A DNA stretch of 64,000 nucleotides from Narcine bancroftii. Its lineage: Eukaryota. The translations under genes and the position numbers were made by a program. The DNA lies in contig NC_091470.1 of assembly GCF_036971445.1 (NCBI RefSeq), forward strand, positions 162,812,001 through 162,876,000, written 5' to 3'. The stretch's first letter is position 1; each line of letters begins with the position of its first letter. The notes beneath the pieces are model-generated. The model worked only from the letters and a program-made list of their open reading frames with translations. It ran no database searches and was not told the origin of the DNA. Positions 52,826 to 64,000 of this stretch are shown here, piece by piece.

Positions 52826-53400
52826 GTTTTTTGAATATTTTATTTAAGAAATTTTTAATACATGCAACTAATAAACCATTATATAATAAATGTTTAAACT
52901 GAAGTGAATTTCATGCATTATATGATTATTACCCCTCCCCTCTAAAAAAAAAGGAAAGAAAAGAATAATTCCATGGATTGCCATAGTATTGTGCCCCCCC
53001 CCCCCCGCCACAAACATTGGAATTCAACAAAGTTTATAGTCATTTTCATTTTGAGGAAGGTTAACAGGTTTTAAGAGGCTGGAAAAACATTCCTACGTAT
53101 TTATACCCAAAATTGGCAGATATGGGCTCCAAATTTTCAAAAATAAGAGTATTTATTTCTCAACCTTTATGTAAATTTTCTATAAAGGAATACAGTTTTG
53201 AGTTTCTGCATTCCATCTTCCCATATCTAAATGAGTCTGATTTCCTAGTCACTGCAATGCATTTCCTTGCTACTGCCAATACTATTTTAACAAATTTTCT
53301 TTGGTATATTGATAATTTCAACTTGGGTCTTGTTTCTTCCATGTTCCCCAATAACATACCTGGGTTTAGCATTTTTACTTATCATTCTTTTGTTCCTGGG
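52826..53400 (-). mobile_element. L1-clade LINE 3' end
   Basis: LLGNM...FVKIVLAVARKCIAVT resembles an L1 ORF2 C-terminus. The reverse strand ends aataaaatattcaaaaaa. Confidence 0.7.
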
Positions 53401-54049
53401 CTTGTAAATCCCCTGCTGCTTCTAAATTCACATTTTTTTTTGCCATTTAGAAAAAGCTGTTTTACTTTCAAAGGGACAGAGTGGCTGGCTTCACACTTTC
53501 CTGCTTTCATACCAGAAACCATAGAATGATACAGTACAGCAAGCAGACCTTTGGGCCCTTCTATTCTGTGTCTACCATTATTCCAGCAACCCCATTGACT
53601 TGCTCCCATTCCATGACCTTCCAGACCTCTTCCATCCATGTATCTATCCAGTTCATTCCACTACCTTCAATCTTCTCATTCATTACAGCTGTTCCTTTGC
53701 AATCCCCTGCTTTCTCCTTAACCATTCACAAATGTGGTATGTGGTCCTTTCAGTTATCTCCTACTGTTGTATCTCTTGTATCCATTCCCTATAAGTTTCT
53801 TCCAGACAAATTTCCCAACCTGTGCCAATAGTTTGCTTTCAATTTCATGCACTTTTACTGTTGGACATTGCTGAATGGCCCCAAAAATTCCATCAGGACC
53901 AACCTTCCTTTTCATACACTCCACTTAAAAAAAAAAAAAATTAATAAAGAATCTATACAAAAAATGTACAATTAAGTATGATATGGATAGTTATCCAAAT
54001 TTAATAAGGAATTGTATAACAAAAATACATGAATTGTAAATCATATTAA

Positions 54050-54490
54050 TAATTTATATTCTAAATTATATTTTTTTTTGAAAAAAACTCTAATACAGAA
54101 AATAGTAAAGGAGGGAAACTCAAATCCCATACCTGACTGTGTTGTAAGATGATTAGTAATATGATTAGTATTAAAAGGTAAATTTATGGTAGAAAAAAAG
54201 GAATAAATAAGATAAGTCAGGCAATTTAATTACATTGAAGTGAAATTATAAAGTAAGATAATGACCCCCCATAACTTCAGGAATCTTGTATCTGAATTAT
54301 TAATTGAATAACAAATCTTTTCCATGTTCAAACAGGACAAGATGTCACACACCCACTGATCGTGAGTAGCCAGGGCAGCATCCTTCCATTTAAGTAAAAT
54401 CACATGCCTCTCCAAAAGAGGCAAAAGGAAGTGACTCTGAACCAGAGACAGGAATCATTTCCTCCTGTTGTACTGAAGAACCACCAAAGA
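54050..54490 (-). mobile_element. L1-clade LINE ORF2 C-terminus and 3' UTR
   Basis: RHVILLKWKDAALATHDQWVCDILSCLNMEKICYSINNSDTRFLKLW. The left boundary is uncertain. Confidence 0.7.
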
Positions 54491-54529
54491 TTTGGTGATC
54501 TATATTATAGACAGGTTTTTTAAGATTAA

Positions 54530-54870
54530 TGCCTTCTCAAAGTTTTAATATCTATTTATTAGAAATTGTTTAAATCAGAAAAATCAAATTATTGGGAACA
54601 GAATTTAAATTTGAATATATTGAATGTGGATTGAGACACAATTCTTAAGTTGGTTAATGGCTCTTCTTTATGTGCTCGCCATTGATTATTAAAATTCAAA
54701 ATGGGACATAGAGCACATTTACCCAAGGCTAAATTGTCTTGCTTTTCTTTCACTGAGTCCCTGGTGTGACAGCTGTAAGAATGGAGAAGAGTAATTCATT
54801 CATATGTTCTGGACATCCTGGTCTAGAAAAATACTAGAGAGGCTTTCCATTCTTTATATTAAAATTTTGT
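54530..54870 (+). mobile_element. L1-clade ORF2 zinc-binding region (inverted relative to 54050-54490)
   Basis: WEQNLNL...LVNGSSLCARH...HRAH...CDSCK...HMFW motif series. Confidence 0.7.
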
Positions 54871-55884
54871 ATGGATTTAACATGCACTCCACTTCTAAGG
54901 TACTTTTGGAACTCTCCCCTTTTGAAAGTTTTGGTAGTTACTTTTTTAAAAAAATTCACCTCATTGAAATCTTTGGAATTGTTTTCAATGTTCAAGGCAC
55001 AGATTCCAGGTAATCTTAGCCCTAACCCACTGGCATTTAAAATGCTCTGGATTATTTACCTGCTGGAAGGCAGGTCAAATTTTACTGACCTTGAAGCTTG
55101 TATAGGCTTTTAAGTAGCTGGATAGATGACCCAACAAAGCTGATGGTTATTCGTAGTAAAACCCATACTACTTGTGATTTGTGAGGGACATGTCGACAGC
55201 CAGTGAGAGGAAGAGGTTCCATGAAAATTCCTTATCTCAATGATGATTAAGACTGGCAAATGAAAAAATGCAAACATATTAAGCCAGAATTAGAATGGAT
55301 GGTCTATCCCAGTCTCCTCTTGAGGTCCTAAACAGTGTACAAGCAAGAGAATTGGATTCATTCATATTTGCATAGAAAATTGTGAAGCCACCTCAGAACT
55401 CAACAATGAAAACAGTCAAGGTAATTCATTGATGACCTGAAGGACTATCTGAGAAAGAGGATTCACTCCACTGATTTTGGGTAATTGGCTAAACTGGATG
55501 CAACAGATACCATGAATACCTTTTGTCTGTTACCTTTGCTGCCACTACCTGCATCTTTGATTCAGCTATTCCATTATAACTTCAGCATTGTGAATTTAAA
55601 TGAAGATTTGAAAAATTGTGGATCTATGCCTTGTCTACAAAAAGATAGAAAAATTCAACCTGACCATCAATCTTCTCAAACACGAGTAAAATAAAATATT
55701 GCAGATAAAACAATGAAGAACCACTTGATAAAAGGTAATCTGCTTGTATGCCAGGCCTGTCAGGTCTAAGCCAAATTCCAGAGATGAGGTAACTGTTCAT
55801 AACATTGAAATCATGGGGAATCAAAGAAAATAACCCATGCCTAGCAGAAGGAAGGTTTTCAAATTTGTATGACATTGACAGAAA

Positions 55885-56585
55885 TTTTAGATTTGATATC
55901 AGAGTACATTCATGAAATCACATGCAACCCTGAGATTTCTTTGTGGGTGAGGCAGAATTACCACTTTTTAGCAGTGCGGGGGAAAAAACTGAACACAGTG
56001 GACATGTAAACTGCAAAGAGAATTAAAAAAAATCAATAAAGAGCACAAGCACTAGTCTTGAGTTTGTTTTGGAGGAGTAGCAGCTGTTCCTGAGCCTGGT
56101 GGCACAAGTCTTGTCACCTATGCCTCTTTCCTGATGGCAGCAGCAGGAACAGAGCATGTGCTGGGTGGTGTGAATCCTTGATGATCGCTGCTGCTCTCCA
56201 ACAGCAATGTTCCCTGTTGATGTTCTTGATTGTGGGGAGGGGTTTGCTTGTGATGTCTTGGGCTGTGTCCACTATCTTTTGGAGGGCTTTATGCTCTGGG
56301 GTATTGGTGTCCCTATACCAGACCACGATGCAGCCGGTCAGCACACTTTCCACTACACCTCTGTAGAAATTTGCCAAGGTTTCTAATTTCATACCAAACT
56401 TCTGCAAACTCCTGTGGAAGATGAGGCACTGAAGTGCTTTCTTAACAATGCCATTGGTGTGTTGGGTCCAGGAAAGTACCTCTGAGATAGTGACTCCCAA
56501 GAAATTAAATTTGATCACCTTCTCCATCTGATACCCCAATGATCACTGGATTGTATACCTCTAGGTTTCCCTTCCTGAAGTCAAT
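55885..56585 (-). mobile_element. Rex1/Babar LINE 3' fragment
   Basis: FNFLGVTISEVLSWTQHTNGIVKKALQCL...FYRGVVESVLTGCIVVWY...HPAHALFLLLPSGKR. Confidence 0.85.
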
Positions 56586-56729
56586 TTATGCTTACATAAT
56601 ACAAATGACATTGCAAAAATAAAACACTGCATGAACAGTTGATGTGCCTCATGTTTCAAGCTGAAATTTAATTAAACCAAAACAGATCACGAAGAGCTTT
56701 CTTACCATATCTCTTGTCCTTTTATCCTT

Positions 56730-57009
56730 TGCCATAGGTGCTCTCATTACTTCAGGTGGTATGTAAGTGGAAAGAAAATGTTTGAAAACCACTGTTTTAA
56801 TCATACTTAATTGTCTTGTTATGCGCATGGTTTAATAACGCCGAAGGAAATGGGCCAATGGCAATTTTTCTCAAGCAACATACTTCAGTAACAATTGGGT
56901 GATTCTCAACCTTCCCTTCCCACTCACATACCACCTGAAGCAATCCCTTACTAATCACAGAGCACCAATGCCACCGGTGAATGGAAAGCAAAAGTTTGGA
57001 AAACCACAG
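56730..57009. mobile_element. Compound hAT/Charlie-like MITE, third copy (left-truncated)
   Basis: Same unit-spacer-unit sequence as 30045-30419 (aaatgggccaatggcaatttttctcaagcaa). Confidence 0.75.
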
Positions 57010-57339
57010 ATCTAGATTATAGCGCATCACCATAATCCAAAATCTAATTCAATCAGATACACCATTGGTGTATATGGCTATACCTACAAGGGCAGTTGGG
57101 TATTCTGTGGCAAGGTAAAGCAGCATACTGGCACTTCAACGTCACCCTAGATAACACTGGCTACTGTTGGGATGAACCTCAATTGCTATGACTGCTCCAA
57201 GACCCCTGAAAGATATGACCATATCAACAAGAGTAAGGTGGGCACATCTCCTTCAGGTCGTGTACAATGCTAATTTGATAATATATTACCATTGCTTAAT
57301 GGTAACTGTGGGATGAAAATCCTCTACTCCTTCATTATT

Positions 57340-58180
57340 GTAAACATTTGAACACCTACAAAGATTTCCTATGATTCACCAAGTTCATTCTTACCTGTTC
57401 ATATATAACCAGACAAAACAGCATTTCTCTGAGCCATACAATAAACACAATCACATATATACATAAAAGAGATTATTTTAAATAAATATATGGAAACACA
57501 ATATATTAGTGGTGAATATTATTATAATCAATTGTATAAGTACAATGGACAAAACAGCATTCTTCAGTCCTCTGTAAAAACATGCAAACCTATAAACATA
57601 GCACTCAAATTTACAAGCAATTTTATATGCAGTATGTGCGTATAAATATTGTCAAATAAATTGTAGCGTCTCAGAAGTTCATCAGTTTTCCGCGGTCTCA
57701 CTGTCAGTGTGAGAAACTATTTCTCAGCCAGATGGTTCTGCTTCTGATTAATCCTTGAAGGGCTCAGGCCCAAAACATTGGGAATATACTGTGTTTGTCT
57801 CTTACGAATGCTGAAAGACCAGCTGAGTTTCTCCAGTGTTTTGGTGTGTTTTTATTTATGTACAGGGTGGAAGGGGTCCTCTTCAGACAAGGATCCCAGT
57901 AGATCACATCAATGGAGGAGGGGGTGTTGGGGAGGGCGAGCTCCCTAATCCTCTATGCCGCTCTTATGGTCCTGTGGATTGACCTCCGATCCAATGGTGT
58001 GCAGCAACTGTACCACGCTGTGATGCAGCCGGCCAGGATGCTCTCCATAGAAAGATCGCATAAATAATCAAAATAACTATCTATCAGTATTTGGGTTTCT
58101 TTACTTTGTTATAGGTTCATAAATCTCACAGCCTGCCAAGTCCTGATTTTGATACTCCTGTATCTCATTCCTGACGGTAA
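57340..58180 (-). mobile_element. Fragmented Rex1/Babar LINE with a Penelope-like terminal fragment at about 57750-57855
   Basis: taccacgctgtgatgcagccggccaggatgctctccat reads MESILAGCITAWY on the reverse strand. LPSGMRYRSIK lies at about 58145-58180. Confidence 0.65.
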
Positions 58181-59147
58181 TACACAGCGTCCCCTTTGCA
58201 AGGGAAATTGGCGATTTTTATCAAGAGAAGGAAATCCCCTCCACCTGATAGATGGGGGCAAAAAAAGAGGTACTGTTTTCAAAAAAAAGAGGGAGAATGA
58301 AGGGAAAAAAACAATGATTGTAAGGGAGACTATTCTAATGGCATTGGGTGAAGTCACATGGCAGAGTCAGCTTACCACTTTTAACTATGTTTATATTTTG
58401 CGTATGAAGCAACACCTCATGTATCTGGTTTTCAACTGAAAGTTTTGCACCTGGGATTTGTCTACTGTTGACAGATTTTTATATACTCCCCATACTTAAA
58501 CCCGAATGTGGCTGGAAATCTATCAAGCCTGGCTTTTAACAGTTGAGCTACCACATGTATCAAGGTAGAATTGATTTGGAGAGCTCCTGCTGATGTTTTC
58601 AACTATGAGGGCGCAGTTGGAATGGTTTATGGCAGGAATCACCAATTTTCTTCATTAATATTAATTCCTGTTTACCTCCTTTAAATTATTTTCTACGTGT
58701 TACAAGGAAGTCATTGTCAGTACAATTTGGTTTATACCAAATAGTGGTATTGAGGGGGCTATCTGAAACTGAGCGTATTCTCAATGATTCATTTTGTTCT
58801 ACTTGAAGCATTTCATTGAGAGAGGCCTTTGAAGTTTAAAAACAAGACTGCTTTGAAGCTGCTCCACACATGGAAGGCAGTGACCCCTGTAAGAAGACTG
58901 TTCATTTATTGCACTTTGCTCCACCACAGAATGGCCAGTTGGAGAAGGATGAATCGTTTCATACATGGGGTCATTGCTGCACACCAATCTGAGAAGGTTG
59001 CCAGCTCTTCAAGACATATTCTGTGCAGCAGGCAATTCTCTACCACAGGCATTGTTGGGAGGAGGAAAGCAGCTCACAGGGACACGAGAGACCTCATCAC
59101 AGAGGTATATGGCAGGAGGGACGTTCCATGCACTGAGAGGTCAGGAG

Positions 59148-59514
59148 CACCGTTTCCCTCCAAGCTGTTTTGCAACTAGTGCGCCGAGGAAATTAAAGTG
59201 TGCACAAAAAAGTTGTTACCTCAAATAATATAGTTATTAATCATCATACTTATTGAAAATAATCTCTTGTTTCTGTTAACTAGTTAGCCGGTTAAACAAG
59301 TAGTTAATCATTCTTAAATTATATTAAAACATGCCAATACAGTTTTATTGGCCATGAGAGATGGGGTGGGCCAAAATGATCTTGAAACAACTTCAGGTTT
59401 ACATTTGCACAGGCATTCAGAGCGCACAAACTTCTGTCACAGGGAAACAATTTGCGCAACATTAAAATTTTTGCACACACACACACTGACTCCTAAAAAT
59501 GAGAGGGAACATTG
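59148..59514. mobile_element. Non-autonomous hAT transposon
   Basis: Perfect 8-bp TSD GTCAGGAG (59140-59147, 59515-59522). Imperfect TIRs CACCGTTTCCCTC / GAGGGAACATTG. Confidence 0.85.
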
Positions 59515-62500
59515 GTCAGGAGCCTAACCTGGAGACCTTAGAATGAACCTGGCTCTCTCTTCCTGGTCTGAGAAAATCCACTCATTTGAGAAATGCAGAA
59601 ACAAATTGTATGTTGCAATTTAGGTCAGGGTCAGAAGCCCAGATCCGAAAACAGATTTCATTTAATGGATCATAATCCACCAATGAATGAAGAACTCCTG
59701 ATCAGTGAAGACAATCTGAAAAATGAGGAGGAAGGAATTATTATGAAGTAAAACACAAAATCTGGTTGAAATAAAAATACAACGCTGGAGAAATTAGCAT
59801 TGTCCTTTAGTTAAAGTACACCGTTCGACTTGCCGAGTTTCTCCAGCATTGTGTGTTTTTTCAAGGAATGATTATGCGTCATCTGGGCTTGCTGTGAGTT
59901 ATGTTGGGATTGAAGTATGGAGAGCAACATATTACCTGGATTGGTAAGAAATCATTTCTTTATTTAAAAAGTATCTCTCTGTGGGTGTGAACTTAATGCC
60001 TTCGTTCTCTGCTGTCTCCTGGCCTATGATCCTTGAACCATGGCCACATCCTTATGGCTCTCCTCTGCACCCTCAATATTTCTGTCAATGTCGCGATCAA
60101 AGTTGAGCATAATAATCTTAACGGTGATCTAACTACATTCATTTTATTTCTCGCATTATTTTTATTTCTCCACTCTTGTATTCTTTGCACGGGGTCAATG
60201 AAACAAGCATTCTTTCTGTTCCCCATTTGGGCAAGGGGTATTTGTGCTGTGTTATGGATATAGAAAATAATCCTTGGATAAATTAATTATTCTTTGCACA
60301 CCCATTAAGATGGTATAAAATACTCTATCATGGCCTATGTGGGTGATGATCTGTGGAACGGGGAACGGGGAACTGACAGCTTCCTCAATCATTCCATAAT
60401 CTACAGCTTTTTTTCAGTGGAATCTGTCTAACACATAACTATTGATTTTTTCCCCCCCGTATTCTTTAACACTTTTTAAAGCTTTGCAGTGCACATTCCA
60501 AACTGAATGACGTAAAAAAAAACTTTGATATAAAACCTATTCCTTAAATCTTTTACAGACCTCACAATAAATTCCATGAAATTCTGTTCTGGATAACTAA
60601 CCATTTGCCTTGTTCACCGAGGCAGGCCCAGTCTAGAAAGCACTTGCACAGAAAGAAGTGATAAATAGACAACAGTTCTTCTCTAAGCACGCAGTTCCCA
60701 TTTTAATGTCAATGGTCTGGTTGGCAAAGAAGGCAGGCAGCACGAGTTCTAAGGGTGAATGGTACTGCTTTTCTTCTGCAGTAGGTTGGGAGATGCCAGT
60801 GAAAGGACTGAGGGATACAAGACATAGAATTGAGCAGCTGAAATATGGTGTTTAGCAGACACAAAGGAACCCAACTGGTGGTATTTGAATTGTAGAACAC
60901 AAAGCAGAGGACACCTAGTGAGCTAAGAGCAACAGAGATGGCTTAACAATGGCCTGCAAAGGGATTCTATTGAATGTTTCTTTTGTTATTGTTCAATTTA
61001 AATAAAGGATCTCAGAGTGGGAACTTCACAACTAAAATCAACTAATCTCCATCTCGCCTCCATACACCCAGGATACATTTTTACTTAAAGAGGGTGCCTC
61101 CTGTGAGTTCTGCTGAATCCCAGCCTCAATGGTGTCTCCAAAGGTATTAAAATACTTTCACCTTTTGAAATCTTTGTTGATTGTTTTGAATTGAAATCCC
61201 ATTAGCTTTGAATTAATTGGCTTTTATCGAACTGCAACTGGATGGAAATACAGGATTAGGCTTGTAATAATTAGCGCCAAAAGGCAGCATTGATGTGGTG
61301 CTTGCCTCACACTGGGCTATAGTCCGGGGATTCAGAGGCTCCATTCAGGTCTTCCCTGACGGAGTGAGCTGACCATTTATTTATCTGCAGCGGAGAGGAG
61401 GAGACAGAAAAGCTGAGGGCTCTTTGTGTTTCAAACCATGAATAAGGCACAATTGATTCTGAAGGGGAGGAGAGGGGTTTGGGATCTCGAAGCTGAGTAA
61501 AGAGGGTTACAGGGACTTTGTCCCTGACTTGGAGACTTGAAGGACCTTTGAGGTGGGGTTTGTTGTACCTGTGGGTTTTCACAAGCAGCAGAGACTCTTG
61601 CCATTTGATAAATTCATTTCCCTTTCCTTCATTTCTATTATATTCATCACTCCTTTAACTTGTGATTTTAACTTGGTTATTAAAACATTTGTATTCATAG
61701 ACTATTGGGGGATGTTTCCTTTGATCCTAAGGATGACTGTATACATAAAGGGACAATATTACACACTTACTTTGCGTGGTACATGTCTTTGGAAGATTTC
61801 CAATAAACAGAAGCAAACAGCTACATTTTCCACCTCCAGTGATGATCCCACTTGCACTTACCCACTGGTTGAAGTCTTTGTGAATGGCTCATTAGTAATA
61901 CTTTTATCACAAACTTTAAAAAGCAAAGCGAACTTTGTCGATGAAGTCAAACTTGGTCAAAACTCGCATAATCTTTTGTATTTTAAGGAAGTGAAAAGCA
62001 AATAAGCAGATATATTGGAAAATATATGTCGATTTGAGGATTGGAGGTAGTGTCTTGCCTCTAAGTTCAACATTGCAATTCTTTATCCAAAAATGGAAGT
62101 TTGTGTCAGTTCAGGAGATGCTGATGTGGTGCCATATTTATTTATGAAGATTGGGCAGATCTAATGATGTTGTCATCAAATGCATTTGTCTCCGTGATTC
62201 ATAAAGACCCATGCTAAATACTTTCCACTTAATGATGTGAAAGGATGTCAAGATTCTCCATATGCCGAATTCCTAGTCTTGGTTTGATAAGAGCAAGTGA
62301 TGTTGTTCCTGGTTTATTTTAATTCATATACCCAATATTGGAAGAAAATGTATTTACTTTTCCTACAATGACAATTTCCCAAAATTAACGGGGTTCTTTC
62401 TCAAAAGAATTCAATGGCCAGAATGTCCTGAAGATGCTCTGGCCTATATTGGAACAACAAATTCTAACCCACAATAACACTGCGGTAATGTTGATTTTCA

Positions 62501-64000
62501 TTTGATCAAGTGAAAATGTGCCTTGATTATGACTATGCAAAACAGGATAGGGAACTGTGGCGTGTACCTATAAGGGATTGTATGTTTTATGTTGATGGCC
62601 TGCTTTAAATATATAGGTGAGTCAGCAGAGCGATTGTTGCAGCACTCTGAATATAGTTCATGTTAGACAGTGATTCTATACGGACTGTTCAGAGTTATAT
62701 TAGGCGAGGTTAGTAAAGTCTATTTCTGCAGCCTGACCTCAGAACATGGAAAAAAGTATACGAAAAAAATCAATTGGCTTTGCTGACAAAAGCCCCGTCC
62801 AACTATAGCAGGATTTACACCCTAATCCTGATTTAAAATTAGAAAACATTGCCTCGCTGTTTCACGTAGATGGTATGGCGCTAAATGAATGGCAATGCCC
62901 CTGGCGACGGAGCCGGGATTCTGCTGATTCCCTGTTTAATCCTCGCATGCTGGGAGTCTCTGAAAAATGTCGGGCTCGGGCTGACCTGCTCATTATGGCA
63001 GCACAATACATATTCATATTAGGAATTATATTCACAAGCACAGCCGAAACCTGTTTCATGGGAGATTTCATTCTCACTCCACTTTTTTTTTGTAGAATGC
63101 AAAGCTGTGGCAAAGTAAAAACCTAAAAGCAAAGTAGTGGCAGTCTTCGGAAGGTTTGTTTATAAAATAAATGGATACCTGGCAGGAAACAGCAGGATGG
63201 AGCACAACTGAGAGGTTTGAGTAGTTTATATATTAAGTATGGGACAGCAGGTGTGAGTGATTGCATCCTGAAGTTATGGGGCTCAGTATGAATAAAATAA
63301 ATGCTACTTTGTACAATTGCTGCATGGTTGAGGATAAAGAAGAGTCCAAATATATTTGGTAATTACTAATGGAATGGTTTGTTATGATACACTATGTATG
63401 AAATTTTAAGACAAGCAGTTTTTAATACATGAGACAAAGTGAATGGTTGTGCAAGGTATGCCAGAAGTGTGCAATAGTGTACATTAATCACAACGGATTA
63501 GGGATTGTGTTGGGAAATAATGCAAAGAGGGTGATCTATATTACGTTGAAAATTGCAGAAGTGAGAATGTGTTTATCTCAATAGGGAAGAATTAAAGAGA
63601 GCAAAAACGTACGTTTTACGTGGAAGAACTGAGCACAGAACATGTGTATGTTGGGCAGTGAAAGGAAAAATACCATGCAGAGGGACTACACTTCGAAAAC
63701 CCTCTGGAACTTCGCAATGTCTCAGCGGCGTCTTTGTGAATAATGCTGTATGGGTATTGCAGAACAGAGCATGAAGTTATGTCATTACGAAAGCAATTTT
63801 TGTGTCCAGTAATGAATGTGGAATAGCATATGCAAGAAAGTTCAATTGCTGCTTTCATTATTTTTATCTAAATCGATTTAATGAGCTTAAAACTGTTGTG
63901 CATGGAGCATATTGCACGAGTTTACATAGTGCAAGATGCCTTCTTGCATTAATCCTATCCAACTATTCTTTAATAACATTGTCAAAGAAACGACCAGTGT

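Noticed and set aside
61300-62005. Possible LTR-like segment and a 150-aa ORF
   Set aside because: I found no TG...CA termini, TSD or protein motif, so neither call can be supported.
1-64000. CRISPR arrays, operons or prokaryotic defence systems
   Set aside because: The window is intron-containing vertebrate DNA. No regularly spaced repeat-spacer array or dense gene cluster is visible.

Overview
Vertebrate genomic DNA, not prokaryotic. The repeat content (V-domain tRNA-SINEs, Rex1/Babar, CR1, L2, Penelope, RTE) points to a cartilaginous fish, probably a ray; this is an inference. The only host gene I can support is the 5' part of WNT4 on the minus strand: coding exon 1 (15324-15400, signal peptide MTPVCFLRSLLVLILALLSANASNW) and exon 2 (12584-12819, YLAKLSS...FGKVVTQG). 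Exons 3-5 were not found and presumably lie left of position 1. Positions 1-12.5 kb are intron 2, and about 16.4-64 kb is an upstream region with no host exons I could recognise, filled with decayed transposable elements and a few candidate regulatory elements. Almost all ORFs in the track are chance ORFs or TE fragments. I see no convincing new multi-gene system. The best leads are: an exactly duplicated, in-frame 5' splice donor after WNT4 exon 2; a candidate in-frame alternative first exon in intron 1 lacking a signal peptide; two uORFs; a compound hAT MITE present three times; a twin-priming-like inverted L1; a Chapaev3-like relic; a miniature deleted Gypsy element; and hammerhead-like cores in Penelope remnants. 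Repeat boundaries without a TSD are approximate, and family names come from motif recognition, not database searches.
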